Of a stretch of 64,000 nt of DNA, positions 47,385 through 59,010 are shown piece after piece. The DNA is from Dudresnaya verticillata. Taxonomy: Eukaryota. The stretch spans positions 2,108,001 through 2,172,000 of the forward strand of contig OZ374565.1 in the NCBI GenBank assembly GCA_977862235.1, given 5' to 3'. Positions within the stretch are counted from its first letter, which is position 1. The number at the start of each line of letters is the position of its first letter. The notes under the pieces were generated by a model. The model worked only from the letters and a program-made list of their open reading frames with translations, searched no databases and was not told the origin of the DNA. Made by a program: the position numbers and the translations under genes.

Positions 47385-50300
47385 GTGGACCCGCCAGGGG
47401 ATCGGCGAGATACCGTTACGGAACTCCCATTGGCTTATCAGACCAATGATACTATCTTCTTTATGCAACATCAAAATTACAAGATGCAAATTACCGTGGG
47501 ACGGACAGATAGCGTGATGCTTCCTTTAATCTCCGTCTTGGACTCTGGCGCTGGGCCCAATCTCATTAGTGCCAGGCGCCTTCCGCGACAATGGCTCCCA
47601 CTCATACGCCCAGCAGCCAGTCCTCCATTACGGGATGCGTCTAATCGCGCTATACGCCCTCTTGGTCAGATCCAACTTTTCGTCCGTATCGGAGAGCTCC
47701 GTGCTCGCGTCCGTATTTTAGTGGTCGCGAACTTGGCGGCTCCCTGTATTTTGGGAACTACCTTCATCGACCGCTACGTGAAGGCAATCCTCCCTCCGTT
47801 ACGGAAAGTTGTTTTTCATCATTACCCACCGGTATCCCTTGTTGGTCAAGCCAAAATTCCGAAGACGGGAACCACTGCAACCCTACAGCCCTCACCTCTC
47901 TCTACCGCTACGGTTTCTCAGAAAATTCGTTTAGCAAAATCTACCCTTATTCCCCCCATGACTCAAACCACCGTAACGGTTAATACCCCCACGGGTGGGT
48001 TATGCTTTCTACAAAATCATCCTAAGCCGGCTTTTAAGCACCTTACGTTAATGGCTAATGGTATTATGGATGTTGTACCTAACAAACCGTTTCGGATCTG
48101 GGTCTCTAATGTTTCTAACAAGCCGGTACGGTTGCCCAAATCTACTGTCGTGGGCCTCGCCACTGCTGCCCCCTCTGCTATTTTTACCGTTGACGGTATA
48201 CCTCCATTTAAGGAGGGGGGAGGAATTATTCAATCATTTAATTCTAACCTTACCTCCGAAAAGGCCAGCACCATCTCCCCTCACGACAAGGAAGTAAGCA
48301 AACCCGTAACGGAAAATTCAAATACTACCGACTGGAAGGATCAAGTCCAGATCGGCACAGAAGAAGCATCGCTCCGCAAACGGATTTTAACCCTGCTCGA
48401 GGAATATAAGTCGATGTGGAGTGGCGATCTTGGCAACATTACAGCTGCCAAGCACCGCATCGAGTTAACTCCCGAAGCTAAGCCAGTATATCAAGCCCCA
48501 TACCGTGCCGGACATAAGCAGCGAGATCTCGAAAAGACAGAGATCGATCGCATGCTTTCCGCTAAGGTAATTGAACCAGCCTCATCGGAGTGGGCCAGCC
48601 CCGTGGTTTTCGTTCCAAAAAAGGACGGCACCATGCGGTTCTGTGTTGACTATAGAAGGCTCAATTCCGTAACGGTTAGGGACTCATATCCCTTGCCCAG
48701 GATGGATGAGTGCATATATTCCCTTGGGGAAGCTACTGTATTTACCACCCTGGATTGCAATAGCGGATATTGGCAAGTCGAGATTCCGGAAGAGGAAACG
48801 GACAAAACTACCTTCACTAGCCATTTTGGCTTATATCGTTTTCGGAGAATGCCATTCGGATTGAAAAATGCACCGGCAACCTTCCAACGGGCAGTGGATA
48901 TAATCCTTTCTACGGTTAAATGTCAATTTGCCCTCGTCTACCTAGACGATGTAATTGTCTACTCAAAAACCGTTACGGAACATTTCCACCACCTGAAGGA
49001 AGTCATTACGCTTTTACAATCCGCTGGGGTAACGTTGAAATTGTCAAAGTGTGACTTCTTCAACGCGTCTGTACAATACCTGGGGCATGTTATCCGTCCC
49101 GGAAAATTAGAAGTGGATAATAGAAATATCCAATCCGTTAAGGTCGCGAAGCCGCCGACAAACCAAACGGAATTGCGATCCTTCTTGGGAATGTGCAACG
49201 TGTATCGTCGCTTTGTACCCAACTTCGCTCGGATTTCAGCACCGCTAAATAAGAAAACCGGCAAGGGCTCACCCTTTGAGTTTGGAATATTATCCGATAC
49301 GGAATATGAAGCCTTCGAGGAACTGAAATGACGCCTTATCTCTCCACCTATATTGGCTCTGCCCCGTCACGGATATAAATATACGTTGGACACTGACGCA
49401 TGTGACCACCAAGTCGGCTGTGTCCTTCTGCAGGAACAACCGAATGGCGATCACCTCCCTATTGGATATTGGAGCCGAAGCCTCACCGATGCGGAGAAAA
49501 ATTATACGACAACCGAAAAGGAATGCTTAGCCGTGGTCTGGAGCATGTTAACACTCCGACCCTACCTTTACGGCGACAAGTTTATTCTCCGAACGGATCA
49601 CGATGCCCTGCAGTGAATCCTGAACCTCGCAGACTCATCTGGCCGCCTAGCCAGGTGGAGGCTCCGCCTATCGGAATTTGAATTTGAGGTACAATGCCGT
49701 CCTGGAATTAAGCATCAACTCGCCGATGGGATGTCGCGACTCCGAACGGATGGCGGTGACGATAGACCTTTGGATGAAGAGATACCCTGCTTTGTCGCCG
49801 AAAATACCGTCGACGGATTATATGAGCATGGAGTTTATTTAACCGATTGGGCTACATCACAAGAAACCGCTACGGAAAATAACGTAATATGCGCCGTGAA
49901 ACCCGCCAGTGGGAGTGCATCCGCCTCCCCTGACAAGCCCGACGCAATACCGTCACGGTTTACTGTGATCCAAGAATCCGACGTTAAGGATGAGACAATT
50001 ACCAGGGAGGAGTTCCTCGAAGCGCAAGCCACAGACCCTTTCTGTCGTCTCAAAGCCGATACAGTAGGCTCCCCTGGATCACAGTTTGACTATGACCGTA
50101 ACGGATTCTTGGTACGCAAGTCCCAGTTGGATGGTGCTCTGCAGAAGGTAGTGCCAAGCGAGCTCCGTGGACGGGTATTGTATTTATCCCACTACACCCT
50201 GATGTCGGGTCACCCAGGTGGAATTAAGATGTAATATACACTCCGACAGGATTATTATTGGCCTCATATGGCCAACGATGTATTTGAATCCGTTCGGAAA

Positions 50301-51659
50301 TGTCGCTCCTGCGTGAAGACAAAGGGAACCCGCTTTCGGAATCAAAGGTTTATGAAACTTTTCCCCGCTAGCGGACCTTTGGAGTTTGTCGCTATCGAAA
50401 TTCTCGGGCCACTTGCAAAGACAAAACGGGGTTATGTCTACGTCTTGGTAATTACCGATCGGTTCTCTAAGCTGACGCGCTGTATCCCGTTACGGACAAC
50501 AACAGCCGTTGTGGTGGCTAACCCCTTTCTGGACTTTTGGGTGTACGTCTACGGCGCACCCCAATTTGACCTAACCGATAACGGACCGCAATTTACTGCT
50601 AAGTTCTTCGACGCGGTGTGTTCCTTACTAGGAGTCAGGCACCTGCTAACCGCTGCCTACCATCCGCAGACAAATGGGCAAGCTGAGCAATTTAATAAGA
50701 CAATCGCCCAACGTTTGCGCCATTACGTTGAGGATCATCACTCCGATTGGGATTTGTACCTGCAACCGTTGACATATGCGTACAACATGCAGGTACACCG
50801 TATTACGGAAACAACGCCATTTGATTTGGTGCTGACACGCCACCCATCGGACATTGTTGTACGAGGGGCTCCTGTCGAGCATCAAGAAACCGTTACGGAA
50901 GGGCGTATGACCCCGGTGCTACAGAAGCGGAGCACCATGCGCCGTTTACGGTACGCGCTCCAGACAGCGCGCACGAAGCAGACAGTGGCTCAGCAAAAAG
51001 CCAAGGCACTGTTTGACCGTAAGGTGCGCTTTAGGCCCATAATCCGAAGCGGAGATCAAGTCTATGTCGACCGGCCGCCCCATAACTTGCGGCCGGCCGA
51101 ACGCCGTGAGCGGGACCGATTGGAAGGCAAACCGGACGATGTGGGCGAGGTGGCTCAGGAAATGAAGAAACTCCTTCCGAGAGTCACGGGGCCTTATGAA
51201 GTGGAATCCACAACGGAACATGTCGTTACAATCCGCAAGGAAGGGGTATTGATCCCCGTAAGTATCGATCGCATGACGAAGGTTCCGATCGGAGTTGCGG
51301 TTCAGCCGGTACCCTTAACAGTGCCGTCTGTCACGCCATCAACCGTCTACAGAGAAGTAGTGCCACATCCAGAAGGTACTACAGTAGTACCTCCTTCTGA
51401 AGGTACTACTCCCTCCGCGACGGAGCCACTGCAAGCCGATACGGAATATGTGATCGACAAGATTGTTGGTCACCGCGACGAACCTACTGGGATGACATAC
51501 AAAGTCCGCTGGTATGGTTACCCTCCGGATCAGGACACTTTTGAGCCCGCGGAGGAGTTACCGCAGAATTTGATCTACCGATATTGGAAGCAAAGGAAAA
51601 AGACATCCGCTAAGGGTAAGCCACGGCGACGTGCTAATCCAACACGTCACTCACCGTAA
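47385..51659 (+). pseudogene. pol: Family A Pol, copy 2, disrupted
   Basis: Same domains as copy 1; stops at 49329, 49614 and 50232. Confidence 0.95.
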
Positions 51660-51759
51660 CGGACAGTTGGAGTGCTGGGGTGTGAGAACACACAATGTTT
51701 ATCGCAAGCTAAGATCGAGGCATAATGGAAACCGTTAAGGAGATCGTCGAACTGTAACT

Positions 51760-54145
51760 CTAAAAGTTACGTCGACACCGCTTCGGAGCAGGGGCAACTG
51801 TATCTTCCTCGTTGCTCCCCTGACCCGTTCGTAAGCCGGGTTCCCCACTCGGATCCGATTGGAATACGCGCTGCGTAGCGTCTCCCAAGACGCGAACCGC
51901 ACTATCCATGCGCCGACGCTGACGACGGACCACTGCGCGCAGATGAATCAACTTCTCCATCAGTCCCTCCGCTAAGGTTAGCACTTCCTGAACGGATCCT
52001 GGCAATGGGAAGCGCTGCGGACGGCAAATGCCCCGTAGCACCTGTAACCCACTTTCCGTAGCGGCTAAGTGAGCCGGAACCTTAACGGGGGGATCCTCAT
52101 CTTCTTGAAATTCTACCTTAGGGGAGATCGACGGCTTATCCCTAACCCCGGCTTCGAGTGAATGTTCCGTTGAGGAGACCACCAATACGGATGGTCCCGA
52201 GTCGGGTGAAGGTACGTCCTTCCGCAGCGGTGGACCCGTGTCCTTCTCTGGCGAGGCGATATCGCTTTTCCGTAACGGTTCAGGACTTGACGCGAGAACC
52301 GAGGGCTTGTCTCCAGTTGCCCCAACACTTGGGCGCGTTGCAGCCACTTCCGATACGGTGATCGACGCCGCATCCCCCGCTGGTGTGGGAGTGGGCGCCA
52401 ACAGTGGAGCACTTGGCGGGAGCGGTTCAACGGCAGCAGGCACTTGCGTCGCAGGAGACAGAGCCGCCGGCACAGTATCCGGCGCCACTTCCGTAACGGT
52501 CTGCTCCTTTGAGGTCCCCTTCTCGGATGGTGCCGCGGGCTTGGTCACCGCCATAATCGGCGCAACCACGCCTATGGGCGTTGGAGCCTTATCCGATACG
52601 GGAGTAGTGGTCTCACGATCCACATCGCGCAGCGTGGGTGTCGCGACCACCGGAAGGATTGGAGCGGGTGTCTTCTCGCTACCCGCTGCCATTGAGGCGA
52701 CGGGCGTTACCTCCTCCTGTTCTTCCAAGAAGGGGTCAGCTTCTTGCTGCCTCACCGTAACGGAATCGCGTGGGTCGATTGTACGCGGACGCCCCGCTGC
52801 CTCCTGACAGCTCCCCCAATCTTCAACCCCATCCAAACCGTGACGGTACGCATCCCTTGGTGCTTGGCGAGGGGCATAGTCCCGATGGGCCTGCACCTCT
52901 AAGGCCAACCATTCCGGACGCGGATCTTCTCGATGAAGGAAATATGGCTCATCCACTCCGGGCCTAAGCGGGGCACCGATAGGACACGGTTCTCGTCCCA
53001 ATTATACCCCAATAAGCCCGGAGTGCGTGGCCAATCCTGCTCTCCGTGTACGGATAAAAGACGCTCAACCCGATGGAGAGGGTACGCCGACCCCGTCACC
53101 AAATCGGCTACGCCGACTTGGCGAATTAGGGCGATCACCGTTACGGGAAGTTGAAAGATACGGCCACAGTCTCCCCCGGGCAGTTCATCCTCATCCCGTG
53201 GGAAGCATCGCCAGTCAGCTAACTTGGTGTTATACCGTACTCCGTAATAGGCCACCTGGAGCCACGAGAAGAGCACCAGCATGGCCCATTCCGATCGGAA
53301 GATGCGCCACATTACATCGAGCTGATCTTGATTCGGGGGACGTTCTCCGTTCGGATGCTTGTGATTCCACTCCCGTTCGGTGAGTAAGTCCGCCGAGAAG
53401 TACGCTATAACGTACGGCGTGGTGACAGACAACCAACGGGTCACCTCATAACGCGCCCACCATGATGGAGCTGTAAGGTACAATTCACGACGCACCCGAT
53501 ACGGAAGATGGAAGAACTCCTTAGTGTTCCACGTATGCAGGATTGGCGAGCCAACTTGTATTCCGTCACGGGAATGAGTTCGCAAACGGTGTTCCGTCGC
53601 GGCATCGTCCTTCAACCCATCGGCATAGCGGAACCAATAAAGCGATTGGTCGTAGGGGCGGTCGAAGCAAATGAATTGCACTCCGACCGGCGCACCCCGG
53701 AGACGGAAACCTGTGGCCAACAGGTGACTCACCTTTGCGGTATATCCTACCTCCCCATGGCAGCGATACCACAACAAATCCGAAACGGTAGAGGTCCTCG
53801 ATTGACAATAGCCATGCACCCATCGGCTTTGTCACACAAATTCTCTCCGATTCGGAACAACGCCAATGCGTTGATTCGCCTTGAAGGGTTGCGCCATGAC
53901 GGCCTTCAAGGCCGTCATGGCGCAACCCTTCAATCGTCTTGGAAGCAAGAAGGTACAAGTTGTACCTTCTTGCTTCCAAGACGGTTGGATATTTCTTAAT
54001 GAAGAGGTCCACCGTCATCGGGGGCTTAATCTTTGCCCTTTCCGCATCGGTTCTAGCCGGGCGCCCCGCACGATGATCAAAGTGGTGCCCCGGCCAATAA
54101 CCACTCGGGGCAGGGCCCTCTCCGTCACGGGTATGCACCACCGGC
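51760..54145 (-). pseudogene. Family A antisense accessory ORF, copy 2
   Basis: ORFs 53566-54219, 52899-53819 and 51760-53001 overlap through frameshifts (1-bp G deletion near 52970). Confidence 0.8.
53881..53983. repeat. Two abutting perfect inverted repeats (26-bp and 24-bp arms)
   Basis: 53881-53933 and 53935-53983, each with a 1-nt centre. Confidence 0.97.
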
Positions 54146-57100
54146 TGTGGTGCAACGGCAAGGGGCCTCCGAAAACACGCCTGTCGACTGGGCCACGCCA
54201 CCGAATTGGCCAACTCCAAAAAGACACTTGGCCGAAGTCGCTACTGTACAGCCACGCGGACGGCGGTGAACGCCGGCAGGGAACCACACGCATGACACGT
54301 GGGCCATACGTGTGTACGTGTCAACCACGTGGCCAGCGCCAGGGAGAATGATCATATCTGGACGACATAGGTGATCTAGATCGGCCAATCAAGATCAAAA
54401 CGGGATCGGATTACGGAAAAAGGATTTGGCCGCGCCACCACATCAAGGAATCAAGCACGAAAAAATCAAGGGAAATCTAACTACTACAACCACTGATCGA
54501 CTGACAAGTACTCGATTTAATTCGGTAGGGCTCTAATATTGGCCCGAAGCCAGGATACGAGGAGATATTTTGGGCCATGGTGAGTAACCTCGGCCACTAA
54601 CTATAGACTAGCTCTAGATTAGCTTTAGGGGCCGATTTTAGGCCTACTTAGACGGCCACAGACTACGGCTCGGCCAGAATAGGTACGAAGCCGTCCCGCC
54701 AGAGGTTGGGAGTATAGTTAGCAACTGAACCCCCAACTTGGCCTTTTTCTGTTCTCATCGCAGAATTTGGTCACGACTTCGTCTGCGCGCTCCCGCTCTA
54801 CCACGCTTGCTACCGGCGCGCAGGTCCTTTCTACGTTCTGGCCAATTTTTGGTTAAATCCGACAGGTATTTGTGGTCTTCTTGGGGTCTCGTTTGGCTGC
54901 CGTACGTGGCGGTGCTCTAGAGATACTACACTGGTCTCCCGACCTAGAAGATCAGTTGTGATTTCGGCCGTAATTCTCCGTTAGAAGACTCGAGTAGCTG
55001 GCCGTAGTCGACGACGGCCAGTGTCTTCCTCGCTACTGTGGTAGCCAAACCCCGCAAGTTGCATATTGCGGGTTGGTAACTACCCGGTTCCGCAATCTGA
55101 TTGTCAGTTTACTTCAACCCGTTTCTATGGCCACAGTCTAGGTCACAGGCCAGATACCCGTCGCTTGGTTCGTTCCCAGGTAGGCCACTTTGCACACTCG
55201 CTGGTTCGTTCCCAGCACAGGGAGCTTTGCACACGGCAGTGTCCGGCCCTTGGTATAGGGACTATTAGCTAGGAATCGTCCGTTCCCACCCCTGTGTTTT
55301 GCACACGACAGTGTGGTTCCCAGGAAGGCCACTTTGCACACGTCGGCCACGGGGTGGCCACGAATCGCTAGAAGTATCTGGCCAATCAGTCTCCGACGTA
55401 CTTCTTCATGTCTTCTTCTTCTTCACAGGCAGGCGGACAACCGCAGTCCTTACAAGACTCGGCCCCGCCTCCCTCCACGTTGGGCGCTCCCATAGGCCCA
55501 CCCCCTGCTCCTGGTCTGTATCCACCGTTATCGGGGCCAACACCAGCTCCTCCGGTCCCATTATCGACCGGCCAGTTCATTCCTCCGACAGTAGGACGAG
55601 CAGGGTCAGCTTCCACAGCAGGTGCCGTCCGTAATGAGGCACTGCCGCGGACAGCCCCACCAATCTCGCCCAGGCGCACGCCACCGGCGGCCACAGCGCT
55701 GCCGATGACCCCGCTTGCCGCTCCTGCTAATCTTCGTCCAACTCCAGTTGATGATGATTCCCAGCCAGAACACGACGTTTGGTTGGGCCGGCAAGAGTTC
55801 TACCAGTATAAGACACGTACGGCCGAGTGGCAGCAAGAGGTGAAGAACCAGTTTGGCGAGATGCAAGTCAAGATGTCCACCACGGCTCTGATTAGGGACC
55901 AGCAGCTTCGCCAGGAGATACACTCCGTCATCCTAGACGGTGCACTTACGGCCATAGCAGAACGTTATGATGAGCGTCTGGAAAAGGTTGAGTCGGCCGT
56001 CTTCTCTTCCGACGGGAAGGTGAAACTAGCTGTTCCTCCTGTCCAGACAAGGTCCGAGTCCGCTCGGATGACACCGGCCAATCAACCAGTCTTGGCACCA
56101 CAGGTTGGTGAACCGGTAGCAGCAGTGCAGAAGCAACTGGATAAGTTGCAAGATGAGATAACAGCCTTGTCGCATCCTGACAAGGCTAGGCCAAATATTC
56201 CTGAAGAAGGGGCACCACCGCAAGAGGGCAACACTCAAAACAGTGGTGCCGCACCACGGCCTGCTTTAGTTGGACCTTCGGGGCCAGTTAATGCAGGGGA
56301 ACCTTCCATGGGATACACTGGCCAGTTCGATGAAACAGGTCTTCCTGTCGCGATGATGGGGCAAATGGAACCAGGTCTGGAGCCTCTCAAGACCCTCCAA
56401 GAACCCTTCCGGCGGGTGGTGGATTACCGGACCCACCACCTGTTGGATACTCGGCCGACGATGACTATGGAGGATGCGCGGCGCTTGTCCCGGATGACTC
56501 GCCAAATCCGGAACCTGTTCCAGCAGATGAACCCATTTGATGGCCGATGTCCGATTGAACTCCTGTCGTTCCTCAAGGAGTTCAAGGATGCCTGTGATGG
56601 GACAAACGTCCATGAAGGGGCTGCTTTGCGTCTTCTGGCCTTCTTTACGGCCGGTGATGCGAAGAGGTTCTATTCTGGCCGGATGTCCCGTGGTATAAGG
56701 TCAGTACACTCCATCTTTCCGATGAGTGGATTTTCACAAATCAGCTGGCCACACTTAGTCCACGCTCTCATCAAGCGCTACTGCACCGAAGATGTTTTGG
56801 CCACTGCGTTCGACAAAGTGGCCAGAAGCAAACAGAAAGATACCGAGACAGAAGCGGAATTCGCCGACCGGTTAGGGGACGCGGCGCTGTCGTGCGCCGA
56901 TATCTTCTCGGAGAACACCCTGATCAACCATTATGTGCGGGGTTTACCTTCGACCACTCGTTCGGCCGTGGCTGAGAAGCTTATGCAGATGCGGCCGGAG
57001 GAAAAGGACTTCTCGACGGTGCGCCGAATCGCCATCGCCGAGGGGGAGACACACAGAGCCTACTTGGCCTCTGCACGTCCCAAAACAAGGTTGGCCAGTT

Positions 57101-57570
57101 CTCGAAGTGCGTTGGTCATCCCTACCCTTGCGGCCGAACCTGCTTGGCAGGCGGAGCCCGACGATATAGCGGCCAACTATGATGGTCCGTTTGACACCAT
57201 ACCGGTTATGGCCATTACTCCTGGCCAGAATGGTGCTCAGCAAACACCGACGATGACGCCGACTACGCCGTCACCGGCAGGGTCGGTGTCCGGGGGTAAT
57301 ACCCCGGACCCACTCCGGAAGCCGCCAACATTGACGGCCGATGAGCTGACCAAAGTCGCTATTATGCTACGCAGTGACAATACCAGCGCCCGTTGTTGGG
57401 GTTGTAGCGAATGGGGCCATGATTTGGACACTTGTGTGTACTTACCAACGGCCATCAGGAACTTGTTTGCCATACGGAAATTCCGCTTCCGAGATGAGTA
57501 CTCTAGATGGCACCCTGAACAGTTTGCTGGCCGAGGTGGTCGAGTCTACCGCCAACACAGATTTCCGGGT
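54146..57570 (+). mobile_element. Ty3/gypsy family D: 5' LTR (54146-54930), PBS, gag; truncated before pol
   Basis: TG...CA LTR followed by the shared PBS at 54932; short UTR repeats TGGTTCGTTCCCAG..CTTTGCACAC at ~55165-55340. Confidence 0.9.
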
Positions 57571-57600
57571 CTTCAGAATCTGTGTCGCGAATCAGTCTGA
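55408..57600 (+). CDS. gag: Family D Gag (C-terminus truncated or chimeric)
   Basis: VDYRTHHL..FDGRCPI; CWGCSEWGHDLDTC knuckle. Confidence 0.85.
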   Translation: MSSSSSQAGGQPQSLQDSAPPPSTLGAPIGPPPAPGLYPPLSGPTPAPPVPLSTGQFIPPTVGRAGSASTAGAVRNEALPRTAPPISPRRTPPAATALPMTPLAAPANLRPTPVDDDSQPEHDVWLGRQEFYQYKTRTAEWQQEVKNQFGEMQVKMSTTALIRDQQLRQEIHSVILDGALTAIAERYDERLEKVESAVFSSDGKVKLAVPPVQTRSESARMTPANQPVLAPQVGEPVAAVQKQLDKLQDEITALSHPDKARPNIPEEGAPPQEGNTQNSGAAPRPALVGPSGPVNAGEPSMGYTGQFDETGLPVAMMGQMEPGLEPLKTLQEPFRRVVDYRTHHLLDTRPTMTMEDARRLSRMTRQIRNLFQQMNPFDGRCPIELLSFLKEFKDACDGTNVHEGAALRLLAFFTAGDAKRFYSGRMSRGIRSVHSIFPMSGFSQISWPHLVHALIKRYCTEDVLATAFDKVARSKQKDTETEAEFADRLGDAALSCADIFSENTLINHYVRGLPSTTRSAVAEKLMQMRPEEKDFSTVRRIAIAEGETHRAYLASARPKTRLASSRSALVIPTLAAEPAWQAEPDDIAANYDGPFDTIPVMAITPGQNGAQQTPTMTPTTPSPAGSVSGGNTPDPLRKPPTLTADELTKVAIMLRSDNTSARCWGCSEWGHDLDTCVYLPTAIRNLFAIRKFRFRDEYSRWHPEQFAGRGGRVYRQHRFPGLQNLCRESV

Positions 57601-58298
57601 AAACATTTTAATGGAATGAAGATTTCTATATCGCGTTGGACTGGGGAGAGGGAGCTGAGAAGAATGGGGGAATCGGTTTTGGGATAGCATGCACGGTTGC
57701 GGAGTTACAGCATGCCGCATATACGGGTAAATGTCCCCGAAACTTTCGTGAAAGTTTCGAAACTTTCGGAATTTCTGGATTAAAATTTAGCCAGAAATTG
57801 CGCCGCCCCCTGCTGCCCTTCGGGGGGCGCCTGGGCGCGCACGGGCGCCTGTGCCCGTACGCGCACAGGCGCCTGCGCCCGTGCTCCGGCCTGTCTGGCC
57901 CCGCTCGCCTCATCCCCCGGCCTGCCCTGGGCTGGGACCAAGGGCGCAGTGTTGCCCCGCACGACTAGTACTGCTTGGCCCAGATTTACCCTGTCTCACC
58001 AGTATCACCCCTCCGTCTCGTGGCCATCATTGCACTCCGGGTCCAGTGCGGCGCCTGTGCCGCACCACCTCTACCGCCATATCGCTTGCCATATCAGACT
58101 GCAAGCTCACCACACCCCGCTGTCTACACCCGCCCCTGCCGCCCTCCCCATCAAGCCGCGCACCTCGCGCACCAACTCTACCGTACCGCGCAGGGCATGT
58201 CAAAGTGCGCGTGAAGTTGTAGACTTCACGTCTACGACATGCCCCGACGCGGCGGTAAGTGTTGTGCGACTGGGGGGAAACTGAGCAGGTCCTGCTCA

Positions 58299-58845
58299 AG
58301 TGCTGAAACTGCATCAGGTACTGCAGAGTGACACCAACCGCTCTACCTGCGCATGGCTGCCGGTGCGCCTTGCGTCAATCGCTTCTACATCGCTGCGCAA
58401 ACAGCCCCCGCTATTGCCATTGCAAGCCAAACAACGCAATCCACTCGCACGAAAACAATTTCGCGAGTTGTCATTACCCCCGTATTGCCATTGCAAGGCA
58501 AATAAGAATCACTCGCACAACAACAATTTCGCGTGTTATCATTGTCCTCGTATTGCCATGGGAAGGCAGATAACAATCACTTCCACAACAACAATTTCGC
58601 GTGTTTTCATTTCCGTCGACGCCAACTGCTGAAGTGCTGAAACTTCATCACGTGCTGGACCACGACATCAACCGCTCTAACTTCAAATGGCTTCCGGTGT
58701 GCATTGCCTCAAACGCTTTTGCAACGCTGACCAAACAAACCCCGCTGTTTACATTGCAAGGCAAGGAACGCACACCACGTGGTGTGCGTTCCTTGCCTTG
58801 CAATGTAAATTGCGAGTACTCGCACAGTACCAATTTCGCGTCCTA
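58299..58845. repeat. Diverged ~334-bp duplication with internal ~69-bp tandem units and a 62-bp perfect palindrome
   Basis: AGTGCTGAAACT at 58299 and 58633; TATTGCCAT..ACAATTTCGCG at 58412, 58483 and 58551; palindrome 58748-58809. Confidence 0.85.
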
Positions 58846-59010
58846 GCACTACTGCTCAAGTATAGAAAGCGGTAGTCCTGGACGAACGGGAAAACAAACC
58901 AGTTTCATAGCAGCTCTCAAACACATTACCCTAATCACCTTCACTCTATACTTCCCATTCTGACTCTGTAAACTTACATCTATTCTTTGCTCTACAGATG
59001 GCTGCGGGTG

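Larger units (their letters stand above)
45732..54145 (+). mobile_element. Family A copy 2 (gag 3' part, pol, antisense ORF), interrupted by a solo LTR
   Basis: Matches 16360-23608 and extends about 390 bp further; bounded by B and D LTRs. Confidence 0.95.
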
